Below, piece after piece: positions 55,118 through 64,000 of a stretch of 64,000 bases of DNA (the first letter of the stretch is position 1; every line of letters begins with the position of its first letter). This DNA is from a virus, in IMG/VR virus record IMGVR_UViG_3300009104_001476; one strand, 5' to 3'. The notes beneath the pieces were generated by a model, which worked only from the letters and a program-made list of their open reading frames with translations, ran no database searches and was not told the DNA's origin. Position numbers and translations under genes: made by a program.

Positions 55118-56617
55118 ATGGATTTTTCTTTTGGAATAGTCACGAGTGGGGAAGATCATGATAGACTTCTCGAAATTGTAGAGTCTATTCATAGCCAAAA
55201 GATACCCAATTACGAGATTATTATCGTAGGCGGAGACGGTAGCGTTTTCTTTTCGGAAGACTCAAAATTCTTAAAATCTGCTGAAGGATGTAATTTTTCG
55301 TTTAGGCATATCCCCTTTCAAGAATCCCTAGAGCCATCAGGCTGGATTTCAAAAAAGAAAAACATAATAACTTCCTTAGCTGTTTTTGATCACGTCGTAT
55401 ACCTGCACGATTACCACGTTTTTCAAGAGGGGTGGTATCAGAGCTTTGTAGAGTTTGGCTCGGACTGGGATATATGTATGAACTCTATCCTGACGATAGA
55501 GGGGGAGAGGTTTAGAGACTGGATAACTTGGGATCACCCAGAATTAGGGAGACAGGCTGAGCTAGATTATGACGATGACAAAAAACTTGAATATCAATAT
55601 ATATCTGGAGGGTATTGGGTCGCTAAGAGAAGGGTGATGCTGTATAACCCTATAGACGAAAAGTATACGCGAGGCACAGAGTATGAAGACGTGGACTGGT
55701 CGTTGAGAGTGAGGGGGAACTACAGATATCGGATGAACAAAAACTCCGTAGTGAAGCATAACAAAGTCCATAGAGAAACTCACACTAGGGGATATTTTCG
55801 AGCGCTAGAGATGGGGAAAGAAGAGCCAGAGGAGAACATTAAAAACTGCTGGATATTAACTTTCGATAGGCCCAAGGCTTTAAACAGACAAATCAAAACT
55901 TTCGGAGAGTATGGCTTTAAAGTAAACGTATTCTCTAACCACCCAGAAGTTGACATAGAAGAAGACAATAAAAAATATGTAGATCAAATTATAATCAACA
56001 ATCTTTCAGACCCCAAGGCGACCTCTTACTGCGCTAGAAGCTGGAACAATATGTTTATAAAATGTTTTATAGATAAGGAGGTGGACGGCTCTGTATTTGT
56101 CCAAGACGACACGCACGTGCATCATCCAGAGCTTGGAAAATATTTAATAAATAAAGCTAAAGAGTATGATTTTATCTGGGGTCCCTTAGGAGATACTTTT
56201 TTCTTTTTAAAGAGAGAAGTCTTAAAAAAAGTTGGATGGTTTGATGAAAGGTATTTAGGTTGCTACTGCGCAGATGCAGATTTTTTAAAGAGGGTTTATT
56301 TTAATTATGATAAAAACAAAATAAGCATACAAGAAATCCATGACTGGGGATTCGAGCATAATTCAATAAAAATATCAGAATATATTGATTGGAGTATGGC
56401 TTCTAGAGGAGTAGACGAAAGCTACAAAAACCAACATGATCAATTACAGAATGATTGTGGGCAGGACAAAGTAGTTTCTTATTCTCAAGGTCACTTTAAA
56501 AGTAAGTGGCAGACCCCGGGAAATGGCTTGAACAATATAGGACCAATTATAGACTATGAGCCGCCAGATGTCGTTCATGAGATAGATTGGTACCCTTGGT
56601 TTAGTAAAATTATTTAA
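55118..56617 (+). CDS. Two-domain GT2-like glycosyltransferase
   Basis: Domain 1: FSFGIVT, YEIIIVGG, VYLHDY, YEDVDWS. Domain 2: ILTFDRP, ARSWN, VFVQDDT, VGWFDERYLG.Y..DADF. Confidence 0.8.
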   Translation: MDFSFGIVTSGEDHDRLLEIVESIHSQKIPNYEIIIVGGDGSVFFSEDSKFLKSAEGCNFSFRHIPFQESLEPSGWISKKKNIITSLAVFDHVVYLHDYHVFQEGWYQSFVEFGSDWDICMNSILTIEGERFRDWITWDHPELGRQAELDYDDDKKLEYQYISGGYWVAKRRVMLYNPIDEKYTRGTEYEDVDWSLRVRGNYRYRMNKNSVVKHNKVHRETHTRGYFRALEMGKEEPEENIKNCWILTFDRPKALNRQIKTFGEYGFKVNVFSNHPEVDIEEDNKKYVDQIIINNLSDPKATSYCARSWNNMFIKCFIDKEVDGSVFVQDDTHVHHPELGKYLINKAKEYDFIWGPLGDTFFFLKREVLKKVGWFDERYLGCYCADADFLKRVYFNYDKNKISIQEIHDWGFEHNSIKISEYIDWSMASRGVDESYKNQHDQLQNDCGQDKVVSYSQGHFKSKWQTPGNGLNNIGPIIDYEPPDVVHEIDWYPWFSKII

Positions 56618-56624
56618 TATCATT

Positions 56625-57416
56625 ATGTTAATAGAGTATAAAAAAATAAAAAACGACCCATCTCTTAAGCATTTTGACGAGACGGACTTTACTGTTATAG
56701 ACGAGACTAACAGTAGTCCGGGAGACACAGCCAAAAGGTTTAAGGTGGGGTGGAGTAGTGCCGAAGAGCATGGAACTGTTTGTGGGATGGGTTCTACGAA
56801 GGAAAATACTGCTAACGTATTGAAATCTTTGCCTTATGTATTCAAAAGCATTAACGCTAAAAAGGTGAATGATGCGGGCTGTGGAGATTTCGCTTGGGTT
56901 AAACACGCTGACTTAAAAGGAATAGACTACATGGGGTACGACGTGGCAGAGTGGGCCGAGCAAGATGAATTTAAATTTAAGAAGCTAGATGTCATAAATC
57001 AAAAAATGAGGAAAGCCGATCTAATAATTTGTAGGGACGTTTTTTTTCATATACCGAACAATCTAATTATAAAAGCTATTAAGAATATGAAAGCATCGAA
57101 GACTCCTTATTTATTGTGTTCCTCAGCATACATAGCTCCTTACGATCACGGAGACATGACTCTTGGTGAGCCCGAGCATGACGGCTTGAAGATTTTTAAT
57201 AACGAGAGTCGTGAAAAATTCCAATGGACTAAGGATGGAGAAGACCTTGTCGCAAGTTTTGGTTTAAATTCGAGCCGCACGTCTGTTCCATTTTGCACTG
57301 TAAATTTAGAAGCGCCCCCTTTCAATTTTCCAGATCCGATCCTTTCTATTACAGAAAGAGATCAGAATAATAGGTTCCTAGGGCTTTGGAACCTTAAGGA
57401 TATTAGCTTGGATTAA
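56625..57416 (+). CDS. Class I SAM-dependent methyltransferase
   Basis: VNDAGCGDFAW, YMGYDV, ADLIICRDVFFHI. Confidence 0.8.
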   Translation: MLIEYKKIKNDPSLKHFDETDFTVIDETNSSPGDTAKRFKVGWSSAEEHGTVCGMGSTKENTANVLKSLPYVFKSINAKKVNDAGCGDFAWVKHADLKGIDYMGYDVAEWAEQDEFKFKKLDVINQKMRKADLIICRDVFFHIPNNLIIKAIKNMKASKTPYLLCSSAYIAPYDHGDMTLGEPEHDGLKIFNNESREKFQWTKDGEDLVASFGLNSSRTSVPFCTVNLEAPPFNFPDPILSITERDQNNRFLGLWNLKDISLD

Positions 57417-57417
57417 A

Positions 57418-58800
57418 ATGATTAAACTTGTCATATTTGACATGGATGGAGTTCTTGTGGATGCGAGAGAACTTCACTACGAAGCTCTCAACAGGGCCCT
57501 CGCAGAGGTCGATGAAAAATTTGTAATATCTAGAGAAGAGCACCTATCTACCTACGACGGATTACCCACCTCAAAGAAACTTAACGCCTTGACAGAGGAT
57601 AAAGGGCTACCCAAAGAGTGTCACGAAAAAGTCTGGAAAGGTAAACAGGAAGCAACTCAACGAATAATTAACGAAGAGATGTCTCACGACGAGAGACTTA
57701 GGCAAATACTTAAAGCGTTAAAGAAAGACGGGCGCTCCATATGTGTGGCTTCAAACTCTATTAGAGAGAGCGTAAAGTTAATGTTGATGAGGAAGGGGCT
57801 TTTAGAGTTTATCGATTTTTATTATTCGAATCAAGATGTCAAAAACCCTAAACCTAACACTGAGATGTACTTGAAATGCATGATAAAGGCGGGGGTAGAT
57901 CCCGTAGACTGCATCATTATAGAAGATTCTCACATTGGTAGACTAGGGGCAGAAAGATCAGGGGCTCACCTCTGTGCGGTCACGAACGTAGAAGACGTAT
58001 CTTACGATAAAATAAAGCAATGTATAGTTGAAGCAGAAGGAAAAAGCGTTTTTAAGCCTAAATGGCAGGGAGGAAATATGAAAGTCTTAATACCTATGGC
58101 GGGAGCAGGGAGCCGTTTCCAGCAAGCTGGATATACGTTTCCTAAGCCTCTAATTGAAGTTTACGGAAAGCCCATGATACAAGTCATAGTAGATAACTTG
58201 AACGTGGACTCGGAACATATTTTTATAGTGCAGGAAAAACACTATGAAGAATATCATTTACAGCAGACTTTAGAAACAATATCCCCTCATTGTAAAATCG
58301 TGCGAGTGGACAAGCTGACAGAGGGCGCAGCATGTACCACCCTGCTAGCGGAAGAGTATATTGATAATGACGAACCGTTATTGATAGCAAATTCAGATCA
58401 GTTTGTTGATTGGGACAGTAATCTATTTATGTACTCAATGCTGGGAGATCAAATTGACGGAGGCATACTAACCTTTAAATCTGCTCACCCCAAGTGGAGC
58501 TACGCTAAGTTAAATGAAGAGGGCTTCGTTTCTGAGGTCGCGGAGAAAAAACCAATTAGCGACATTGCTACGGTTGGAATTTATTTTTGGAAAAAAGGCT
58601 CAGATTATGTTAAGTATGCTAAACGGATGATTGACAAAGACATAAGGGTGAATAATGAGTTCTATACCGCCCCCGTTTATAATGAAGCTATAGCAGATAA
58701 TAAAAAAATTAAAATTTTTAACATCGATGAAGACGGGATGTGGGGACTCGGAACCCCAGAGGACTTAGATTACTTTCTAAAAAATCATGAAAAAATATAA
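57418..58800 (+). CDS. HAD phosphatase fused to a nucleotidyltransferase
   Basis: FDMDGVLVD, VASNS, PKPNTE, IIEDS (HAD); LIPMAGAGSRF, FPKPLI, TEGAACT, IANSDQ, WGLGTPEDL (NTP transferase). Confidence 0.9.
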   Translation: MIKLVIFDMDGVLVDARELHYEALNRALAEVDEKFVISREEHLSTYDGLPTSKKLNALTEDKGLPKECHEKVWKGKQEATQRIINEEMSHDERLRQILKALKKDGRSICVASNSIRESVKLMLMRKGLLEFIDFYYSNQDVKNPKPNTEMYLKCMIKAGVDPVDCIIIEDSHIGRLGAERSGAHLCAVTNVEDVSYDKIKQCIVEAEGKSVFKPKWQGGNMKVLIPMAGAGSRFQQAGYTFPKPLIEVYGKPMIQVIVDNLNVDSEHIFIVQEKHYEEYHLQQTLETISPHCKIVRVDKLTEGAACTTLLAEEYIDNDEPLLIANSDQFVDWDSNLFMYSMLGDQIDGGILTFKSAHPKWSYAKLNEEGFVSEVAEKKPISDIATVGIYFWKKGSDYVKYAKRMIDKDIRVNNEFYTAPVYNEAIADNKKIKIFNIDEDGMWGLGTPEDLDYFLKNHEKI

Positions 58801-59113
58801 TCTAAATGATATGACAGGGGGCTGGGTAGCGGGCGACTTTAGTCCAACCATTATCGAAACCAAAGATTTTGAGGTTTCGGTTAAGCATTATAAGAAGGGA
58901 GAGTACCAAGAGAAGCACGTCCATAAAAAAGCGGACGAGTTATCTATTATTGTGCAAGGTTCAGCAAGGATGAATGGAGAAACTTATGAAAAAGATGATA
59001 TTATTTTAATGGAGAAAGGAGAGGCTACAGATTTTTATCCTTTGGAAGACGGCACCATAACTTGCGTTATCAAGACCCCTTCTGTTGTAGGAGATAAATA
59101 TCTTGTTGATTAA
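58787..59113 (+). CDS. Cupin-fold protein
   Basis: GWVAGDFSP, EVSVKHY, HVHKKADE, VIKTPSVVGDKY. Confidence 0.75.
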   Translation: MKKYNLNDMTGGWVAGDFSPTIIETKDFEVSVKHYKKGEYQEKHVHKKADELSIIVQGSARMNGETYEKDDIILMEKGEATDFYPLEDGTITCVIKTPSVVGDKYLVD

Positions 59114-59115
59114 AA

Positions 59116-59550
59116 ATGATTCTTATAGCACATAGAGGAAATACTTCTGGAGCTAAACCTCTTGTTGAAAACGATCCGGTATATATAAAACTAGCTCTCG
59201 AAGAAGGATTTAACGCAGAGGTAGACGTTTGGTTTATTAATGGTAATTATATTTTAGGTCATGACTCTCCTCAATATTTCGTTAAAGAATCTTTTTTAGA
59301 GGATGACAGACTATGGTGCCATGCTAAGAGCCCAGAAACTCTTAAGGCTATGGTCAAGAATAAAAAAATACACTGTTTTTGGCACCAGAAAGATGATGTG
59401 ACATTAACTTCTAGAAATATTATTTGGACTTATCCCAAAAAAAAATTATTAAAAGGGGCAGCTTGCGTAATGCCAGAACTAGGTTACGAAGGCAACATCG
59501 AAGAATGTTGTGCTATATGTAGCGATTATATAAAGGACTATAAAAAATGA
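59116..59550 (+). CDS. Short glycerophosphodiester phosphodiesterase-like protein
   Basis: LIAHRGN, VEND, AEVDVW, LGHD, LWCHAK, AICSD. Confidence 0.75.
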   Translation: MILIAHRGNTSGAKPLVENDPVYIKLALEEGFNAEVDVWFINGNYILGHDSPQYFVKESFLEDDRLWCHAKSPETLKAMVKNKKIHCFWHQKDDVTLTSRNIIWTYPKKKLLKGAACVMPELGYEGNIEECCAICSDYIKDYKK

Positions 59551-60620
59551 AAAAAGTATTAGTAACAGGAATCTTAGGCCAAGATGGAGCAAACATGGCT
59601 GAATATTTACTTCTTAGAAACGACGAGCCCGTTCAGGTATACGGCATGATGCGTAGAAGCTCTATACCTAACTTTACTAATACTGATAAGTTCAGACATC
59701 ATGACAACTTTGAGTTTGTGTATGGAGACTTATCTGACGATGTGAGTATTGATAATTTAATTAAAAGAATAGAACCCGATTATTTTATCAATTTTGCAGC
59801 TAACTCTTTTGTTGGTTGTTCTTGGGATATGCCAGAGCAGGTGATGGACGTTAATGCTTTGGGTGTTCTTAGATGCCTAGAGTCTATACGTAAATTTAAA
59901 CCTGATTGTCGTTTTTATAGCGCTGGTAGTAGTGAAGAATGGGGAGATGTAGACTATTCTCCTCAAGACATAGATCACCCAATTAAACCAAGGAGCCCAT
60001 ACGGAGCTTCGAAAGCTTCCGCCAGACATTTAATTAAAGTTTACAAAGAGTCTTATGGTTTGTACGCGGTACACGGAATACTTTTTAACCATGAAGGGAC
60101 TAAGCGAGGGGAGGAGTTTGTTACTCGTAAAATTACGAAGGGTGTTGCTAGAATTAAAAAACATTTAGAAAACAGAGACCTAGCAATAGAAGCGGTAGAG
60201 CCTATAGAGTTAGGAAACTTGGAAGCTAAACGAGATTGGAGCGATAGCGAAGATTTTGTAGAGGGCGTTTGGTTAATGCTTAATCAGAACGAGCCTAAAA
60301 ACTACATCTTAAGTAGTGGAGAAACGCACTCGATTAGAGAGTTCTTAAATAAAGCCTTTAAGTACGCGGGTATATCTGGTTGTTGGGTTGATATAGAAGG
60401 AGAGCCCTTGAAGACTAAATTTATGCTTAATTCAAACATGCCTGAACCTTTAGTAGTAATTAACGAAAAGTTTTACAGGCCAGCGGATGTTGACCTTTTA
60501 CTGGGAGACTCTACCCCAATCAGAGAGGAACTTGGGTGGAACCCAAAAGTTTCATTTGACGAATTAGTGAAAAAGATGGTAAACTTTGATATTGAAATCG
60601 AAAAAAGAAAAAGTAATTGA
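59547..60620 (+). CDS. gmd: GDP-mannose 4,6-dehydratase
   Basis: LVTGILGQDG, YSAGSSEEWG, PRSPYGASK, GILFNHEG..RGEEFVTRKIT, LGNLEAKRDW, FYRPADVDLLLGD. Confidence 0.95.
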   Translation: MKKVLVTGILGQDGANMAEYLLLRNDEPVQVYGMMRRSSIPNFTNTDKFRHHDNFEFVYGDLSDDVSIDNLIKRIEPDYFINFAANSFVGCSWDMPEQVMDVNALGVLRCLESIRKFKPDCRFYSAGSSEEWGDVDYSPQDIDHPIKPRSPYGASKASARHLIKVYKESYGLYAVHGILFNHEGTKRGEEFVTRKITKGVARIKKHLENRDLAIEAVEPIELGNLEAKRDWSDSEDFVEGVWLMLNQNEPKNYILSSGETHSIREFLNKAFKYAGISGCWVDIEGEPLKTKFMLNSNMPEPLVVINEKFYRPADVDLLLGDSTPIREELGWNPKVSFDELVKKMVNFDIEIEKRKSN

Positions 60621-60981
60621 GAGATTATTAGCCTTCGGCTTCGTTAAGCCTCAATGTTTATATATATTAAAAAATTTTGAGTTCCAAAGGGTGGTAGATG
60701 TTACCAACTATTTCAATTGGTTAAAAAGGAATAAACCTAGTAAAGATCATACTCAAAAATATTTTTATTTTCTTTTAAAAAATTTTGATTTTGATAAAAC
60801 TTGGGCGGAATACCAAAGATACTATAACGAGAAGAAAAACACAGCCTCTCTTGACTTTTCGAAGAAAAAGAAGTACCTTTTATCTGGTAAAAAGGTAGGC
60901 AAAGATGGAGAGGTTGATAAGAAACCTAAGAATGTTATAGACTTTATTAAAAATGGCACGAAAAGCGAAAACACAAGCTGA
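60586..60981 (+). CDS. Hypothetical basic protein
   Basis: 131-aa ORF with a TTG start (start uncertain), overlapping both neighbours. Confidence 0.5.
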   Translation: MILKSKKEKVIERLLAFGFVKPQCLYILKNFEFQRVVDVTNYFNWLKRNKPSKDHTQKYFYFLLKNFDFDKTWAEYQRYYNEKKNTASLDFSKKKKYLLSGKKVGKDGEVDKKPKNVIDFIKNGTKSENTS

Positions 60982-62050
60982 GACAGGCTCCCCACTGGGC
61001 CAGATACAACAGTATCTAGAAGATCATAAGGGAGATCATTACAATTTCGAAGAAGAGAGGAAATATACTATTTCTAGTGGAAGCCTTTTGTTGGATATAG
61101 AAATGGGTGGGGGCATTAAACCCGGCATTATTAGAGCTTCAGGAGTCACAGAGGGAGGAAAAACTTCATGTGCTTTATCTTTTGCTCGTAACTTCCAAAA
61201 GATGGACAACTCAATGGTTATTTACATTAAAGCCGAGGGTCGACTTTCTGATGATATGATTGACAGGGCGGGCATAGATACTAATGAGGAAAAATGGTTT
61301 GTATATAAATGTAACGTTTATGAGTCGGTTATAGACTTCATGAGGCAAATGGTTAAAGATAACCCCACAGACACAAGATATATGTTCATTATTGATTGTA
61401 TGGATGCCCTAGTTCCTAGAGGTGATCTTGAGAAGGGGGCGGACGAAGCACTTAAAGTTGCGGGAGGTTCTCTTCTTAGCTCAGACTTCTTAAGGCGTAT
61501 GGCTTTAGGTTTAGCTACTCGTGGGCACATTTGCTATATGATTTCTCAAGTGAGGGCGACAGTTAAGATTAACCCTTACGAGAAAGGAGATCCAAAGATT
61601 ACTAATGCTTCAGGAGGCAACGCTATACTTCATTATAGTGATTGGATTTTAGAATTTCAACCCCGTTGGAATAAGGACTTGATTACTACTGGTCCGAAGG
61701 GCAAAGAGGAGCAGCTGGGTCATTGGTGTAAAATAATTTTTAGAAAAACCTCCAATGAGAAAACAGGGGTGGAAGTAAGATATCCGATTAAATACAGAGC
61801 TCAGGCTGGCCAAAGCATCTGGGTCCAAAAAGAGGTAGCAGATATGATGATAGCTTGGGATATGGCCGTAACTAAGGGGGCTTGGGTTACGGTTTCTGAC
61901 GAAATTATAGAAGAAGTCAAAGAAAAAACTGGTTTAGAATTTAAAAAGCAGCATCAGGGTGTAGATAACTTTGGAAAGTACTTCGAAGAAGAGCAAGAGA
62001 TTGGAAAATTTATGTTTAAGAAGTTTAGAGAAGCCTTAAAGAAACAATGA
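60953..62050 (+). CDS. recA: RecA/UvsX-like recombinase
   Basis: ISSGSLLLDIEMGGG, GVTEGGKT (Walker A), YIKAEG, FIIDCMDAL, ISQVR, ASGGNAILHYSD. Confidence 0.88.
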   Translation: MARKAKTQAETGSPLGQIQQYLEDHKGDHYNFEEERKYTISSGSLLLDIEMGGGIKPGIIRASGVTEGGKTSCALSFARNFQKMDNSMVIYIKAEGRLSDDMIDRAGIDTNEEKWFVYKCNVYESVIDFMRQMVKDNPTDTRYMFIIDCMDALVPRGDLEKGADEALKVAGGSLLSSDFLRRMALGLATRGHICYMISQVRATVKINPYEKGDPKITNASGGNAILHYSDWILEFQPRWNKDLITTGPKGKEEQLGHWCKIIFRKTSNEKTGVEVRYPIKYRAQAGQSIWVQKEVADMMIAWDMAVTKGAWVTVSDEIIEEVKEKTGLEFKKQHQGVDNFGKYFEEEQEIGKFMFKKFREALKKQ

Positions 62051-62817
62051 TCTCCTTAGATAAAAAATTTATTTTTATGCACATCCCCAGAACGGGAGGG
62101 ACAAGTGTAGAAAATTCGGTTTTGTCTAATTACGCTTACTATCTAGAGTCTGAACTAGAATCAGATAACCCAAACACTTTTATACAAAAGTATTGGGGTG
62201 GAGAATTTTTAGATAAGCGTCAAGCTAACTATAATGATGGAAGTTTAACTGAGAAGGGAATGCTCGTAGGTAAACATTTTAATCTTTATGAATATTATTT
62301 AGCTTTTACTAACAAGCATGATATTGATAAGTACTTTGCCGAGCAAGACGCTGGAGATACATTGAGGAACCCATTAGATGATTTTTATAGATTCACTATC
62401 GTAAGAAATCCTTGGGATAGGATTGTTTCTTACTTTTTCGCGGCAGCGAAAGAATATAATGAAGAAAATTTTAAGCATTTTGTGAGCATGGGTCAGTACG
62501 TTTTCACAGATAATGAGAGGCCTGATTATTTTAAGGATGATCTAGCTTTAATTTTTAATACTCATTCAATCAGCTCTTGGCTTAATAATGACTCCAGCCT
62601 TTTTGATCATTTTATGAGGTTTGAGAATATAAATGAAGACTTTAAGACTGTTTGTGAAGATTTAGACATAGACTATGAAGAGCTACCCCACGTTAATAAA
62701 ACAACGGAGAAGAAAAATCATTATAGTTATTACTACAACGACGAGACAAGAGCTATAGTAGCAGAAAACTATGCGGATGATATAAAGAACTTTGGGTACG
62801 AGTATGAGACTGTATAA
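62047..62817 (+). CDS. Sulfotransferase (Sulfotransfer_2-like)
   Basis: FMHIPRTGGTS (5'-PSB loop), FTIVRNPWDRIVSY (3'-PB), RFENINEDF, LPHVN, YSYYY. Confidence 0.85.
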   Translation: MISLDKKFIFMHIPRTGGTSVENSVLSNYAYYLESELESDNPNTFIQKYWGGEFLDKRQANYNDGSLTEKGMLVGKHFNLYEYYLAFTNKHDIDKYFAEQDAGDTLRNPLDDFYRFTIVRNPWDRIVSYFFAAAKEYNEENFKHFVSMGQYVFTDNERPDYFKDDLALIFNTHSISSWLNNDSSLFDHFMRFENINEDFKTVCEDLDIDYEELPHVNKTTEKKNHYSYYYNDETRAIVAENYADDIKNFGYEYETV

Positions 62818-63220
62818 TGTTTACGGTAAGCTTCAAAATAAACGGGTAACAAAATTTCTTATAGACTGGGAGAAGCCTTCTCGTTCTAAAATCCAGTTCA
62901 AAACAAAGCAATTTTTAAAGACTTTTTGGCGGAATCAGATAGTTTATGAAGAATTTCCTGTCTACGGTACAAAAATGAAAGTAGACATCTTAAACGCGAC
63001 AAAAAAGATAGCCGTAGAAGTGCAAGGAGAGCAGCATAATAGTTTTAATAAGTTTTTTCATGGTAATTCTCGCCTTAAATATCTTCAATCAATTAAGAGA
63101 GACGTAGAGAAAGCTGAATGGCTAAAAAAGAACGGTTATACCTTAATTGAGATACATGAGAAAGAAGTAAAATCTTTAAATAAAGAGTTTTTTTTAAAAA
63201 AATTTAATATCGCCCTATAA
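62804..63220 (+). CDS. PD-(D/E)xK endonuclease (Vsr/DUF559-like)
   Basis: ATG at 62804; YEEF, KVDILNATKKIAVEVQGEQH, RDVEKAEWLKKNGYTLIEI. Confidence 0.8.
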   Translation: MRLYNVYGKLQNKRVTKFLIDWEKPSRSKIQFKTKQFLKTFWRNQIVYEEFPVYGTKMKVDILNATKKIAVEVQGEQHNSFNKFFHGNSRLKYLQSIKRDVEKAEWLKKNGYTLIEIHEKEVKSLNKEFFLKKFNIAL

Positions 63221-63385
63221 AGGTTACTATGTGTAATACCACCTGTAGGTGTAGGTTTGGCGATGTACAAGGATTATAGGCGTTTTCCTTTAGTTTTCGG
63301 CAAAAGCAATAGATTACTTCGCGGTTATTTATTGTTTGTCTTTCCATCATTATCCCTCCCCTTTAGAGGGGGGTGTGTTACCTAG

Positions 63386-64000
63386 ATGGCTGGCTCAGCA
63401 ACGCTTTATATTAAGGATCTTCTCGGCAGTTGTTCTAACAACACTTATGCGTGTGATTGCGGGCGAGGTTGGGGCACCAGTGCTGCGGCTATTTCAAACG
63501 GCCCCAGTGCGGCCATTACTATTACAGTTTTTTGGACTAGTAGCGATAGTACCCTTTCAGCGGCAATTTCCAGTGGGGCCACAGTTTATTGTCAATCCTC
63601 GGGAGAAGCTCATTTACTTACTATTGACCCTAGTGATGACGAAGGGTCTAGTGGCACTGATACTCCTTGTGATGATTGCGGTAGTAATGGACTATTAGAG
63701 GCTGGGGCGACTTGGGTTTGGGATGCCGCTGGGAATAGAGCCGTTTCAATTAGCGATGGCAGTACTCTTGATGGTAGTGCAGGAGGAGCAACGGTTACGC
63801 CTACGGTCAGTGATTCGAATACTCCAAGCAACACGCCTTCGAATACGCCTTCGAATACTCCTTCGAATACTCCAAGCAATTCGGGAACGCCGAGCAATAC
63901 GCCTTCGAATACTCCGAGCAACACGCCTTCGAATACTCCTAGTAATTCGGGAACGCCGAGCAATACACCTTCGAACACTCCGAGTAACACGCCTTCGAAT
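63386..64000 (+). CDS. Partial Ser/Thr-rich protein with Ser-Asn-Thr-Pro repeats (runs off the window; not in the ORF track)
   Basis: Translated by hand from ATG 63386: MAGSATLYIKDLLGSCSNNTYACDCGRGW...VSDSNTPSNTP...; no stop before 64000. Confidence 0.8.
   Translation, partial: MAGSATLYIKDLLGSCSNNTYACDCGRGWGTSAAAISNGPSAAITITVFWTSSDSTLSAAISSGATVYCQSSGEAHLLTIDPSDDEGSSGTDTPCDDCGSNGLLEAGATWVWDAAGNRAVSISDGSTLDGSAGGATVTPTVSDSNTPSNTPSNTPSNTPSNTPSNSGTPSNTPSNTPSNTPSNTPSNSGTPSNTPSNTPSNTPSN
63815..64000 (+). repeat. 12-bp tandem repeats (SNTP) with periodic SNSGTP units
   Basis: tcgaatactcca / agcaacacgcct / agcaattcgggaacgccg read directly. Confidence 0.9.

Noticed and set aside
50404-62050. Inteins, introns or homing endonucleases in nrdA, nrdB or recA
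   Set aside because: Lengths are normal, catalytic motifs are correctly spaced, and no intein or LAGLIDADG/HNH motifs were seen.
63354-63373. Terminator before the SNTP gene
   Set aside because: The stem is imperfect and there is no T-tract; it is noted only as a relative of the two real hairpins.
63204-63385. Tiny ORFs: minus strand 63350-63204 (48 aa, GGAGG upstream) and plus strand 63263-63385 (40 aa, in frame with ATG 63386 across a TAG)
   Set aside because: Neither has recognisable motifs and they overlap each other. TAG is used as a normal stop elsewhere (e.g. 13354-13356, 53877-53879), so there is no support for read-through or recoding.
63610-63990. Minus-strand 126-aa ORF (GVFEGVLL repeats) and plus-strand ORF 63336-63698
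   Set aside because: These are the antisense and alternate-frame shadows of the SNTP-repeat gene starting at 63386.
63815-64000. Possible CRISPR array or non-coding repeat
   Set aside because: The 12-bp units have no unique spacers and vary at synonymous third positions, so this is a coding repeat.
1-64000. tRNA, rRNA, integrase or transposase genes
   Set aside because: Intergenic gaps are short and AT-rich with no cloverleaf or T-loop signatures, and no ORF shows recombinase or DDE motifs.

Overview
A 64-kb segment of a large dsDNA tailed phage, most likely a jumbo siphovirus with a long non-contractile tail. It uses the standard genetic code, and I found no tRNA, rRNA, CRISPR array, integrase or transposase. 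Layout: (1) 30-12243 (+): collagen-like and repeat-built fibre/appendage proteins. (2) 12277-33604 (+): a GT2-TPR glycosyltransferase, neck/tail-completion-like genes, a major tail tube with an internally duplicated fold, tail chaperones and a 4736-aa tape-measure protein (TMP). (3) 33597-43038 (-): a lambda-type tail tip block (M, L, JAB-only K, I, J plus two accessory genes) facing the TMP. (4) 43156-64000: replication, recombination and transcription genes (SSAP-like, dNMP kinase, sigma factor, SSB-like, nrdAB, RecA-like, PD-(D/E)xK nuclease) mixed with glycan-building genes (GT9-like, GT4, double GT2, methyltransferase, HAD-nucleotidyltransferase, cupin, GDPD-like, gmd, sulfotransferase), a signal peptidase I, and a truncated Ser-Asn-Thr-Pro repeat protein. 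The strongest leads are these. The TMP carries cargo segments delimited by a repeated GGxxPxF motif, two of which look like PD-(D/E)xK nucleases. A possible virion glycosylation system pairs Gly-X-Thr collagen fibres with a GT2-TPR enzyme. NrdB lacks the radical tyrosine (class Ic-like). A GTGTAA element recurs upstream of virion genes. All annotations come from motif reading by eye; no database searches were run.
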